Positions 40,571 through 52,910 of a DNA stretch of 64,000 nt are shown here, one piece after another (position 1 is the first letter of the stretch; the number at the start of each line of letters is the position of its first letter). Below the pieces are notes generated by a model. That model was not told where the DNA came from and did not search any database. It saw nothing but the letters and a program-made list of their open reading frames with translations. The stretch comes from Camelus dromedarius. Its lineage: Eukaryota. The stretch covers positions 10,292,001 to 10,356,000 of the forward strand of contig NC_087436.1 of the NCBI RefSeq assembly GCF_036321535.1. Direction: 5' to 3'. The position numbers and the translations under genes are program-made.

Positions 40571-42974
40571 GAAAAAAAAGTTTTAGTAGAGGCACACCTT
40601 GGAGTAAATAGTATGCAGTTATGAAGAATGAATTGGCTCTCAGACATTTGACCTAAAGGGATTTCCATTAGAGGAGACCGAGTGTGAAACGTAAAATGGC
40701 AAGTGGTACGGTGACTGTTTGTACGACATCTCAGGGCCGATCCTCTGCGTCTGTGTGCACACACTTGTGCATAGACATGTGTCAGTACCTGGCTGCGTGA
40801 GTGTGGAAGAAGTCACAGAAGAATACGTACAGTATGTTAACATGTGTTTATGGGGGGGTGGGTGGCAGGGCAGAGGGAGAGCCCCGTAGAAGAGGAAAAG
40901 AGAGGAGAGAGGAGATAAGAGGGGAAAAGTACTTAAAGAGCAAAAGAGCGTGTTGGAAAACAGTTCATGGAAAGTCACACATGGATGTGATGTGTGTACA
41001 GAAATTACAAATCTCATATGAAGCCAGGTCATTATCTAACGGGAAGCGGTAATTTACACGATACGCTATTAAGGTACAAAACAGAGAACAATGTGTAGAG
41101 GGTTATTTCATTCCTTTAAAAACGGGTCTATAGATCCTCTTTATATATTTACATAAAAATGTAAAATACAGAGGTATTTGTGACTGAGCAACAACACGTC
41201 TATTCAGCTCTGGGTATTAACACACCAGTCTATTCACCATGGTTGCCCTCAGTCTCTGTGTGGTGGGACCTGGGGAAGCAGACAGTCCCGAGGGGAGATT
41301 CCAGCTTTTTCTTTAAACATCTTTGTATGGTTTAGTTATACTTGTTTCTTGTAGTCTTTTTCTTTCTTTTTGTAAAATACAGAATTCAAAAAATTAAAGA
41401 AACCAAAATTGGCAAAGTGGCAAAGTTAAGTCTTCCTCATCAAAGATTATAGATCTCATGTGTGGGTGTGTGATCAAAAAGACCTGTAAGAAACGTTTGA
41501 TGCTTATAGTGCCCAAGACAGTACAGCACCTGGAACATACAGGCCATGAGTTCGTCCCTGATTCAAGTCCAATTGCTGGAAAAAAATGACAGGATTTGCG
41601 GCTCCAACACTGGAATTGGAATTGCAGCTTGACTACCAACCACGTGACCGTAAGAAAATCATGTCTACACTGGCCACAGTTCGCTGAATTTGCAAAGTGG
41701 TCATAGGATGCATGAATCGTTACCTTCCAGAACAGCTGTAGAAGCAAAGATAATAAACTTTGCAAAAGTATCTTCCAAGCTGTAAGGCACTGTATAAATA
41801 TAAACCAGGACTATTAGGATTATTCTGCTTGGATTTGCTAGAGTTTGAGAAAGATCAGGAAAAAGAACATTTCGTTTAAGAGGGTCACATTTAGTATTAA
41901 ATACTGCATTATTTAGAATTCTCTGAACACTCTTCGTTTTCTTAAAAACAAACATATCACTCACAAACACAAAATTTAGTGGGAAAACTTGCTCATCTTG
42001 CTACTTATGATAATGAATAAAACCTTTATTTTTATTCAAATAACCCAAACAATTGTATTGGCTAGGAAATAAAGACTATAAAAACCGTGCGATGGAAAAC
42101 TCCCCTCCCTCCGTCCCTACAAAAGTCGTGCACAAACATGCCTTAATGTATACACTCCCGAAAGAAAGACTGTTCCCTAATGAAGGACTGGCATTCTGGG
42201 CAAGTCAGTCCTCAAGATTCCTAGCATGAGAACAAAAGGAAAAAAAATTTTTTTTAAAGTTAGCATGCTCAAGTTCCAAGAATGTTTGAAACTGAATCTT
42301 ATTTGGATGGAAAGAAAAAGTATACAGAAAAGTGATCACTGGCTGGGTTGCCAGAGCACCAGGGAAAAGACCATGAGGGTTTAGTTCACACATCTTTACA
42401 GGTAAGAAAAGACAGAGAATAAAGGGCCCAGAAGGGCTGCTAAAGGTGGGAGGTGATGGCTTCAGTTCAGGGGCTTTTGTGGAAAGGTGACTGCTGCTAA
42501 GTTGTTGGGTTTTTTGTTTTTGTTTTTGTTTTTACATTATATAGAGTCAGGTCCGCATAAGCTTTTGGTATGCGACAGTTGAACTCTTAATAAGTGTGAA
42601 ATATTCGTTCTCACAATGCTGTATGACAAGGCTCACAGTAAAAACAGGATGCTCACCCACCTCTCCTGTTCCAAGAACATGCATGTAATTTACAAAACTT
42701 CTGGTAGTCTTTACTGACCCATATATAAAATTCCTTTGAGTCATGTGCTTTCTCTCACAATTATATTCTCACTCAATAGGGCAAAAGGAAAATCTACCAT
42801 CAGTTTCCTTAAAATTTTTCTTTCTTCAAAAAATAACATAGACTCATTCCTTATTAATCGACGTTTTTTCCTATAAATGCTTAACATTTCACTGATTTTT
42901 CAGGCTTCTTTTCCATCTTGGAGTCTCAATGTTTCAGTAACAAAGCCTTCATACGTTCATTTGATTTGCAAATG

Positions 42975-43452
42975 TACTTGTGGGTGTGCTGGACAGCTCC
43001 CATGTATCCCCTGGGATCCACGCCCCACTCTCCACACAGCTCCACACCTGGGAGGCACACCGGCGTGAATCTCATCACAGACTCCTTGACTTTCTGTCTT
43101 CCGGCTTCTCTCCACCAAGACAGAGCCCAGGAGGAGATTCTCGCAGGAAGGGAGGATAATGAGATCAGAGTCATCATCATGTCCTTGAGACATACTGGAG
43201 GCTGGCTGTGTCCCTCAGGTGGAGTCAGGTGGCCCTGTCCCCAAAGCCCTCTCTGTCTCTGGTTCTGGAGAATGCTCCTTCTCCTCACCTTTTCAAGCCC
43301 ATGGGTGGTAGCCACCCACTGCTGTTTCCAGCCAGGGTGGACTGAACTATCCCTTATATTATACTCTGCTCACACCTGCTGTAACAGACTATTAATTCTC
43401 CCCAAATTATACCATTTGGAAGTGCCATCTGTTTTTTTTCTAGACCCTGATA
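42975..43452 (+). mobile_element. LTR16-like old ERVL LTR
   Basis: aggagattctcgcaggaagggaggataatgagatcagagtc...tttggaagtgccatctgttttttttctagaccctgata. Confidence 0.6.
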
Positions 43453-43866
43453 GGTAAAAGTCATCTTTTAAAAGTTATAAAAGTATAGCCTTATTGTTAC
43501 TTATTATCATTAATTTTTTGCTATTTTGATCAAATAAACATTTTAGTACTCTGGAGGTATGGTCATATTTTATGACCACACTTTGCAGCTACTAGAAAAT
43601 CTATCAAGTAGCTTTCAAGCCACTTTTGGTGTAAGAGTTACATTGTTTACTTCTATGGATTTAACTTAAGATCAGAGATGTGTTCATAAGACTGTAAGAT
43701 TTAAATTTAAAATTTAAAATTTAAAATCTGCCTCATGGAGGGCTGTTTTTATTAGCATTTTTTATCTTCCACTCTATTAAAAGTACTTTACTAACCACCT
43801 ATTTCTTAAGACATTGTCAGGGAAAATCCAGGCTAAGGTTTTTACTAAATTCTGGACTAGGATTAA

Positions 43867-44343
43867 GACACTTTATTTTATTTTTCTTTAATTGAAGTAT
43901 AGCTGATTTACAATGTTGTGTTAGTTTCAGGTGTACAGCAAAGTGATTCAGTTATACATATACATACATATTTTCCAGATTCTTTTCCATTATAGGTTAT
44001 TACAAGATATCAAATATAGTTCCCTATGCTATACAGTAGGTCCTTGTCATTTATCTATTTTATATATAGTAGTGTGTCTATGTTAATTCCAAACTCCTAA
44101 TTTATCCCTGCCCCCTCTTTCCCCTCTGGTAACCATAGTTTGTTTTCTATGTCTATGAGTCTATTTTTGGTTTGTAAATAAGTTCATTTGTATCATTTTT
44201 TTAGATTCCACATATAAGCAATGTTGTATGATATTTGTCTTCCTCTGTCTGACTTACTTCACTTAATATGATGATTTCCACGTGCACCCACGTTGCTGCA
44301 AATGGCATTATTTTGTTCTTTTTTCATGGCTGAATACTATTCT

Positions 44344-44389
<46 letters not shown>

Positions 44390-44496
44390 CACATTTTTAT
44401 CCAGTCATCTGTTGATGGACATTTAGGCTGCTTCCAAGTCTTGGCTGTTGTAAATAGTGCCGCTATGAACACTGGGGTGCATGTGTTTGTTTTTGA
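43867..44496 (-). mobile_element. 5'-truncated L1 3' end
   Basis: T-rich tail followed by aattgaagtatagctgatttacaatg...; exact 14-bp TSD TGGACTAGGATTAA (43853-43866, 44497-44510); (GT)n at 44345-44373. Confidence 0.95.
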
Positions 44497-44789
44497 TGGA
44501 CTAGGATTAACAAATTCTAAAATCTTCATGTCACACACACATACCCATGCGTACAAACACACACACACACTTTTAGGCAAATGCATATTCAGGCAAGTTT
44601 ATGGTCTGTACAAAGGCTGGTGATTCTTCCTCCTGTCCTTGGGGAGGGAGTCTCTCTTGTATGCGATGTCACTCCTTCAAGCCTGCTTGTCCCATTTTCA
44701 TGCCAGGCTTCTCCTATTCATGCCCCCACTCTACTATGTGACTCCTTCTCCCTCCTTCCTCCATCAGTAACATATAGAGAAATGTGATG

Positions 44790-45222
44790 AGATATATGCC
44801 ATTTGCAGTAACATGGATGGACCTAGAGATGATCATACTGAGTGAAGTCAGACAGAGAAAGACAAAGATGGCATCACTTATATGTGGTACCCAAAAAAAG
44901 AATATAAATGAACTTATTTAGAAAACAGAAATAGACACATAGACATAGAAAACAAACCTATGGTTACTGGGGGGAAAGGAAGGGGAGGGATAAATAGACA
45001 GTTTGGGGTTTGCAGATACTAACTACTATGTATAAAATGGATAAATAACACGGACCTACTGTTTAGCACAGGTATTAAATTCCATACCTTGTAATAACCT
45101 ATAATGATACAGAATATATATGCATATGTATATATGGCTGAATCACTGTGCTGTACACCTGAAGCTAATACATTATAAATCAACTATATGCCAGTAAAAA
45201 TAAGTAAATAAATAAATAAATG
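44790..45222 (+). mobile_element. 5'-truncated L1 3' end
   Basis: atgccatttgcagtaacatggatggacctagag...ctgtacacctgaagctaatac followed by a (TAAA)n tail. Confidence 0.93.
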
Positions 45223-45475
45223 AAAGATGATGACATTGTATCCTTGGGTACATACATGTTGGTTCTGTAAAACAGCTGAGGACACAGGAGATTTCCTGAG
45301 TTGGACAAATGGCACAATGACCTGGACGGGGACCAGAACATAGTGACAGAAAGGGAGACACTGCCCAGGTTTCAGGCCTTCCCATCACTGTCATTTATTT
45401 ATGTCATTTTTGGCAATTCCTCATTATACGATAAGATCATATTGGCCCACCAGGGAGGCTGGAGTTACAAATCTT

Positions 45476-45536
45476 TTTTTTTTTTAACTTTTTTTTATTG
45501 ATTTGTAATCATTTTACAATGTTGTGTTAAATTTGC
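45476..45536 (-). mobile_element. Extremely truncated (~60 bp) L1 3' terminus
   Basis: Poly(T) + ttattgatttgtaatcattttacaatgttgtg, flanked by exact 13-bp TSD AGTTACAAATCTT (45463-45475, 45537-45549). Confidence 0.8.
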
Positions 45537-46720
45537 AGTTACAAATCTTGAAGCAACCTTTCCTGGGCTCTTTTAGGAACGCAGCCTCAATGTCAACTGT
45601 AGTTTGCATGAATGTAAGTCCCAGGCACGCATGGAAAAGATCACAGGTAGATCGTTTCTAGATCATTACAGCAGCTTTAGGGTGGCCTTTCTCTCTGTCT
45701 TTCTCTTTCCCTCTGTGGCTGGAATAATCCCTTCTTCAGCTATTTAACAAACAACAGCAAAAATGGAACCTACACTTTAGGATTTCACACATTTCAGGAT
45801 TCTTGTCCACTGTTATTAGAATAATTATTAGACAAAGGAGAGAGGGTTGGAAAGCAATTGACCACATAGGAGCCCATAGTGCAATCAAATTCAATTTTTC
45901 CACATCTGCACAGCCTCAGGCCCAGGAGGGAATGACCAGGAATACCCTGGAGAGTTATCATTTAATAGAATATTATTATTAACAAACAGTAAATTGGCCA
46001 GAATGGTTGGTTCAAATTCCCACCATGCCACTTACGGCGCCACCTTGGGCAAGTTACTGACCCACTAGCAACTTCTGCTGACGCACATGTAGACCGCTGA
46101 CAATGACGCAGTCCTCCCAAGGTGGTTGTGCGAATAAAATCAGAGCAGGGGAAGAAAGTGTTCAGCATGGGACACTATGGGCTAAAGAAATGGTAGCTGA
46201 GTCAATCTTATACTTTATGTAAACTTTCAATGTTATTTATATACTGCCTGGATTTCATTACATAAGAGAAATCTGTTAGAAATAGAAGTAGTTCTGAATC
46301 CATTTCCTGAAAGTGTGGAGCAATTCATTTTAGAAATACGTTACGAAGCATCGCTTCATAAAATTAAGACTATTCCTTCCAGTCTCACCTATGGGTAGCG
46401 GTAGAGGCGTGAGGTCCTGACTCGTCCCCCAGGACAAGGGGAAGGATGCCCTCCTCGGGCTCTCTCCTGAGGACACTCACAACCACCAGCCTCCATGGGC
46501 CTCAGTCACGTCTAGGAAAGTCTTAAGTTGGAACACTGTCAAGGACAGCTAGGAGGACATGTGTGTTTACTGTAAGGACCTGGGAAGAAATGATGATGGC
46601 ACCAAGTGAGACAGCAGATGGTATGCATACAATGAGATGGTCTTAATCATAAATAAGCACAAGAGTGAATCCGCAGTTAGATGTTCTTGGTTCAAATTCT
46701 AGATTAGTTCTCCTCTCACT

Positions 46721-47328
46721 TGTTAGAGCAGGCAGATAGCTAGATATGAGCAGAGAAAGGGGGACACAGGCCAAATACAGGGAACCCTACATTATGAAAA
46801 CAACAGGGGTCCCTGGGCAGATAAAGAAAAGTAGGGACCTCTGGGCTGATAAGCGGTCACACATATTTGGGTGATGAGTGGCCTGGAGGCCCACAAAGAA
46901 AGGTGGGAAAAGGCAGGAATCGCCAGTGTCCAAATGCAACCTTTTGCTCATTATGTCTCCATTTCAATACAATTAGCCTTGTAAGTTAGAAGTATCCATC
47001 ATGTAATGACACCATGACACTTCCAATCTGGACTAAATAAGGACAAAAATCCCTCCTCCCTTTGGGAAGGTGGAGCTGGGATAAAAAATCAGGGAACATG
47101 ACCTCAGACTCTTCCCTCCCTAGTGAATATTCTGCCCATACATTTTTTACACCCTGTGCAACCAACTTGCCAAAGAAACTGAGAGCACCTGCTCACCTGA
47201 GTCTGCCTGCTCTCCCCTTGAGAGTGTACTGTATATCCCTTAATAAATCCCCACTTCACTTTCTTAACCTCCACCCCCCATCTCTGAATTCTTCCTGCGA
47301 CGGGACAAGAACCTAGTCTCGGGCAACA
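46721..47328 (+). mobile_element. ERV solo LTR (608 bp) inserted in a MIR
   Basis: TGTT...AACA termini, exact 4-bp TSD CACT (46717-46720, 47329-47332), AATAAA at ~47242. MIR sequence resumes on both sides (ggttcaaattct...cact|ggctgtgcgaccttggc). Confidence 0.9.
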
Positions 47329-49899
47329 CACTGGCTGTGCGACCTTGGCCCAGTACTTGACTTTTCAGTGCTTCATGTTACTCTTTCACTTTTTTTTGAT
47401 TAGAAGTTTTTAATGATTAGAAGTCTTATAAGCACTGGACTGGGTAGGATTTCTGGCAGATGTTTCAATAAAGAGTGATAGAAATGACTTGAGCCACTCA
47501 GCTTCTGTGAATAACCTGACTCTACCAGGCACGCAGAAGCTGTCCCAGATAAAGATACAATGTAATCAAAAATTTGCTTGCTCTGCAGACAGCACTTGTA
47601 AAGAAATCCCCTAGCTACGAGTTCTCTTACTTTCCTCAAACTTCTGTTATGTAAAAATTCTGAAGACTCATTGTGCATAAATAGCAATTACTAATAAAAT
47701 TGATTTGGGGGTAACTTTATATATTATCCTATGACCATTTATTTGATAAAGTGTTTCTTAAGGAAGAGGATTATATTTCAATTACATTTTTATTCTCTTT
47801 AGATCCAACCCAATACCTGCCTGGAACATCACAGATACTTACTAAATGAAATAGAACTACTGATACTTCTCTGTATTTCAGAGAAATATCAGCATACATA
47901 TTTTTGGGACTATTAGGCAGCGAGTATATTATGATGGTAATTTTTCTGATATTTCATTCATGAGTAATAAAATATGCCTTTATTTTCTTGCATTTATAAT
48001 GGAAAAATTAAAGTCCATACCTGTTTTTAAAGTGTGGCTAAATTATAAAGTCACAAATACAAAGTAATTTAATATCGGATTGATTCTGAACATAGTATAT
48101 TATATTTTGGACTCCACACACAATATTATCAACTCCTCCATGTGGTAATACCATCTGTGAAGGGTTGTAGCAATTCTGGATTAATCAGAAGTGATCATAC
48201 TTTTGACCTAGGATGGTGAGCTGAAATTTTTAAAAGAGGTAGAAAGAACAGTGGCCTGATTCTGGCTAAAAAGTGCTACCCAGAATTCTGGTATTATAAG
48301 TTATATTGCATCTTCTTTAGCTGAGTGTCCCCCAGCAAAGGTATTAGCTTCTATATATTTGAGGGGTTTTTTAGGTTTATGAATTGTTTACATGATATCG
48401 GCTACCCAGATGTGGAAATCTGAGAGGGCTGAACTTTAATCTCAGTGGAAATCACTAAGATTCAAGACATGCACATATGTGCAAAAAGGGAACATCAATT
48501 AATGACTATTTATTAAAGACATTTGAATTTCTCATAATAGAGATAATCTCTAGGGATAAAATCTAATAAAATCAGGGCTGGCATAGCTGCTGAAAATTCT
48601 CTGCTTCAATATCAGAGATTCAAAAGACATTCAGACCTTTGACCACAAGCAGATTCAAAAAAAAAAAAAAAAAAAAAGAATGCACTTCCAGCCACACCCT
48701 ATGGGATCAAATGAGGGGGACACTTCTAAGATCTCCACTTAACAAGAAGATTGTCCAGGAAACAATTTAGTGTCTTAAATTTTTAAGAAACATTAAAAAA
48801 AATGTAAAGTACAGAAATTTTAACCAGAATACAATAAGATAGATATAGACTGTCATCAAAATATTAGTGGTTCAAAATAAAACTATGTTAGTAAACTATT
48901 ATTTATCACTAGGAAGATTCATTGGCCTATGTAACTAGTTGCCCTCTGAATGTCTTTGTGGAAGGACAAAATTGAACTTTTCTGAGGGTCCTTCACTTGG
49001 TGGCAAGTCCTAAGAAGCCTATACAAATTTGATACGTGTGACTGAATTTAAGTAAAAAAGAAAAAAAAAAAAGCATATACAATTATCCAGCTTTAGTCCT
49101 AATTTTTGATGCTAGCCAGAATTAAATTAAAATCTCCTTAAAATCAGGCAACCTGTAAAAGCCCTAAAAATCCATTATTTCTCTCTACATGTAAGCAGAA
49201 TCTTAACTTAGAAGCATATATTTACGGTCGAGCATATTAAAGAACCATGAATATGTCCTATTGGCATGTGGAGCTCAAAGGATCCACTCACTGCTCCATT
49301 TGTTTCTGCAGGGATGTCGACCCGCGGGTCCCAGGGCACCTCCACGCCCCACATCAGTCCCCGGGAACCCGTGCGTGGATCACCCGTGGCAGCTGGCAGC
49401 CCCGGCGGGCAGCCACATGCGGTGGAGCACTACCGAAAAGCCAAAGGGTGCCCAGAACTGCCAAAGTCTTGAGTTGGTTGCTAAGAAGCAGCGCCAGGTC
49501 CAGAAACTACTAGAAATCTAGAAAGATTCTATCCCTACTTATTCTAAACGGGCAAATGAGCAAATCTTCTCACCGAGGTTAATGGCTTCTAAGAATACAT
49601 TTCTCGATTTAATAAGACATGTTAATTTAGAATGTCTCTAGGAAAAAAAAAAATGTCCTGAGTGGTATTATAACATTGCAATTATTGATTTATTTGTCTT
49701 AGTGAAAAGTTTATATTTCAGATACTAAAAAAATTGGTGATAAAAATAGTGACATGAAAGAAGAAAATGTAAAGTATTATTAGAGAAAACTTAATAATGG
49801 GAATTTAAGTGGTAATAAATAATGCATTTTCCATTCAAGCAGTTTAGAAAATTAATTTCAAAATAAATCCTCCAGGGGCTCACGGTCTGTGGTTGTGAG

Positions 49900-50120
49900 A
49901 CAGGATGGAACAGCATGTCAGGGCACAGACTCTCAAGTCAGAAATTCCAAAGCTGGAGTCCTGGCTCTATCATTTGCTGATTAGCTGTGCAATCTTGGGA
50001 CATTTACCTAACTTCTCTGTGCCTGTTACTGTAATTGTAAAAGGTAAATAACAATGGTGCTTATCCTTAAGTACCTTCATTGTAAGAATTAAATGAGATA
50101 TTTTATGTAAATATTTTAGC
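49900..50120 (+). mobile_element. MIR SINE
   Basis: tcctggctctatcatttgctgattagctgtgcaatcttgggacatttacctaacttctctgtgcct...gtaagaattaaatgagata. Confidence 0.75.
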
Positions 50121-51974
50121 CTCTATCCAGTTACTGTTTTTCATTTTTATGAAACTATTATGTTTAGAATGACATTTTAATTTTATTTTTCATGGCTTCC
50201 AATGATCTTCTAACGATTGAAAAAAATTTTTAAATGACGATAAACCATAAGTGACCCCTTGTCTTTGACTTTTAAGGTATCACTGCATTTGATTGCCTAG
50301 AATCACACATTTCATCAAATCAACATTATAAGTAATGTTGGATGGACAAAAATGCTAGCAGAAGACATCAGAACATTACCAAAAGGCAGCTCTAAGAGGT
50401 ATCTTTCAAACTTTCCATTTTTATGGATGAAATAGACATGGATAAGTGAAGTAATTTACTTGAGCCCCTAGTTAACTTGGGTCATCCCAGTTTCAGCCAC
50501 AAATCCAGTGTTCATTCATCTGAACTTATTCAGTATTCATTATTTCATTCAATCAACAAACACTTGTTAACAGTGTCAGACATCCAGCTATATCCATCTG
50601 ATGTTTGCTTATAATACAGCGAGTAAAATGCAAATGTTAGGGACATAAAATTATTAAAATTTATAACACATAAAACTTGTTGATGGTAAAGAATGTTCAA
50701 TACGTGATTAGTGGGGTTATTGAGCTGAAATTCACAGAAATAGAAAATGATGAGAAGGGTTTTAAAGACACCGTCTTTAGTGCCTTTAGCATTATTTAGT
50801 TCTAAATAAGGACTATGTGCCACGTAACCTTCATATAGAAAACAGAGGATCACATAAACTAATAGCCCAGTTTACACTAGTTGGCATCATCTTTACCTAG
50901 AATGGCGATGGTGAAGGCTCTGTTTTGGACCTTCGCATGACTCTCCCTTATATTAACCTCCATCGGGTGAGCCATGGGAAATCCAGTCTAGTCGTTACCT
51001 CCCGCCTTACAGCCTGCTTGCTCGCATAAAATTACACAGCAGAACCAATATATGGTCACTGGTTTACTGCATAAATACATTGCTTCTCATTTCAAGTACA
51101 GACATTAGGAAAGATGATTGTTATTAAGGATTTGCACCCACATCAGCCTTGAAACCAGTCTTGTCACATCTCCCATTAGAGATACCGTGCCTTTTCAACA
51201 ATTTCCTTACTTGTGTGACTGCTCTGTTTTCTTTCTTCTACATCCAAAAAGCATGGCTGGTACCGATTAGTTGTGGGTCAGTGAGTTCTCAGCACCACCC
51301 ACCAACAAAAGTCAATTATTTGTTATTGCTTCTCCCTCCCTCAGTGCCACCCCCACCTCTATCAATCACTTTTGCAGTCTTTTGGCTGCATTCTTTTCTT
51401 TTTTTTAAACTTCTAAAAGTTGGCATGCCCCAGGGATTACCTCTTGAATTTCTTCTCTCTTATTGGACCAGCTCATCCAGGTCTATGGGTTTAAGGGTAA
51501 CCAGTAGGATGAAGGTTTCTGAATTCATAACTCCTTGTCCGATTACTCCTCTGAATTTCAGACTCACCTGCCAACTTCCTTCCAATCATCTCCAACCACC
51601 TACTTAGCATCTCTGCATACGTGTATAATGAGCAACTCAGATTTACTTGTCCAAATCTAAGTCATGCCTAAAATAGTGGGGACAAGAACAATTAAAATAG
51701 TCTAGGGCCTGGTCTAGATAATTGCACTTGAAAGGAGACACCGCTGTCCACACCTTCCGCAGAGCTCTTCGTATTTAATCCAAATAATAAATTTTAGAAC
51801 TGAATTTTAATTATCTTCAAAAAAAAAAAAAGTAAGGGAATATCCCCCAGGGCCCACCACATTGCTCCGCATACACAATCCATTCTCCTCACAGCAAGGG
51901 GATAGAATTATCCTTTAAAAAGCAAATGAGGCCACTCAGGGATAGGAATCTTGTGAGCACGACTCACTGCAAGA

Positions 51975-52910
51975 GCCTGATTCAATACTCAAGAAAAAGA
52001 GAACCAGCAATTAAAATGCTGTGCAAAGATTTGAACAGACTCTTCACCAACGACGATGTACAGACAGCGAGGAAGCACATGAAAGATGCCGAACATCATC
52101 AGCCCATCATTAGGGAAATAATAATTAAAAACACGGTAAGATGCCACCACAAACTAATTATAATGGCTCAAATTTAAAGCAAAACACAAAACAACTGATC
52201 ACGGTAAGGGATGACAAGATATGAAGTGGGGACCTTCAAACACTGTTGGTGCGGATGTGTCATGGCACAACTACTTCGGAAAATAAGGTGGCAGTTTCTT
52301 AAAAAATTAAATGTACATCTACCATAAATGGTAGATTCAGTCACTCTACTTTTAGATATTTTACTCAAGAGAATTAAAGCATATGTGCATAGAAACACTT
52401 TTACAAAAAGAGGCATCGAAGCCTTATTTGCAATAGCAAAAAAAAAAACTTGGAAACAATCTAAGTTTCTTTTAACAGATGAAGAAATAAACACGTTGTG
52501 GAATATTTACGCAATAGAATATCATTCATCAATAAAAAGGAATGAACTACTGATGGGACACAACAATGTGGATGGTTCTTAAAATAATTGTGTTAAGAAG
52601 CTCAATAAAGAATGCACACTTTTTGTAATATTCCAATTCTAGAACAGGATATCCAAATTCTAAAACACTCAAACCAGACTAGAGATAGAAGGCAGGTGGC
52701 TAGCTTCCTGGGGGTGAGGGGGGTGAGGAGGGGCATGATGGAGGAACTGCCCAGGGATACAGGGCATCTTCTGGGAGAAGGTCATGTTCATTATACTGAT
52801 TGCAGTAACGGTTTCAACAGGTCTGTACATAACTCAGATTGTATCAAACTGTACACATTAAACATCTGTAATTTATAGTATGTTGGTTATACCTTACAAA
52901 GTTGTAACAA
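51975..52910 (+). mobile_element. Old L1M (L1MB/MC-like) 3' part, nested in an L2 (L2 pieces at ~51150-51660 and ~52915-53465)
   Basis: caaagatttgaacagactcttcacc..., KKTWKQSK, aataaaaaggaatgaactactgat. The flanks are L2-like. Confidence 0.8.

Noticed and set aside
42918..43457. 179-aa ORF
   Set aside because: Lies over an old LTR16-like element and has no coding signature.
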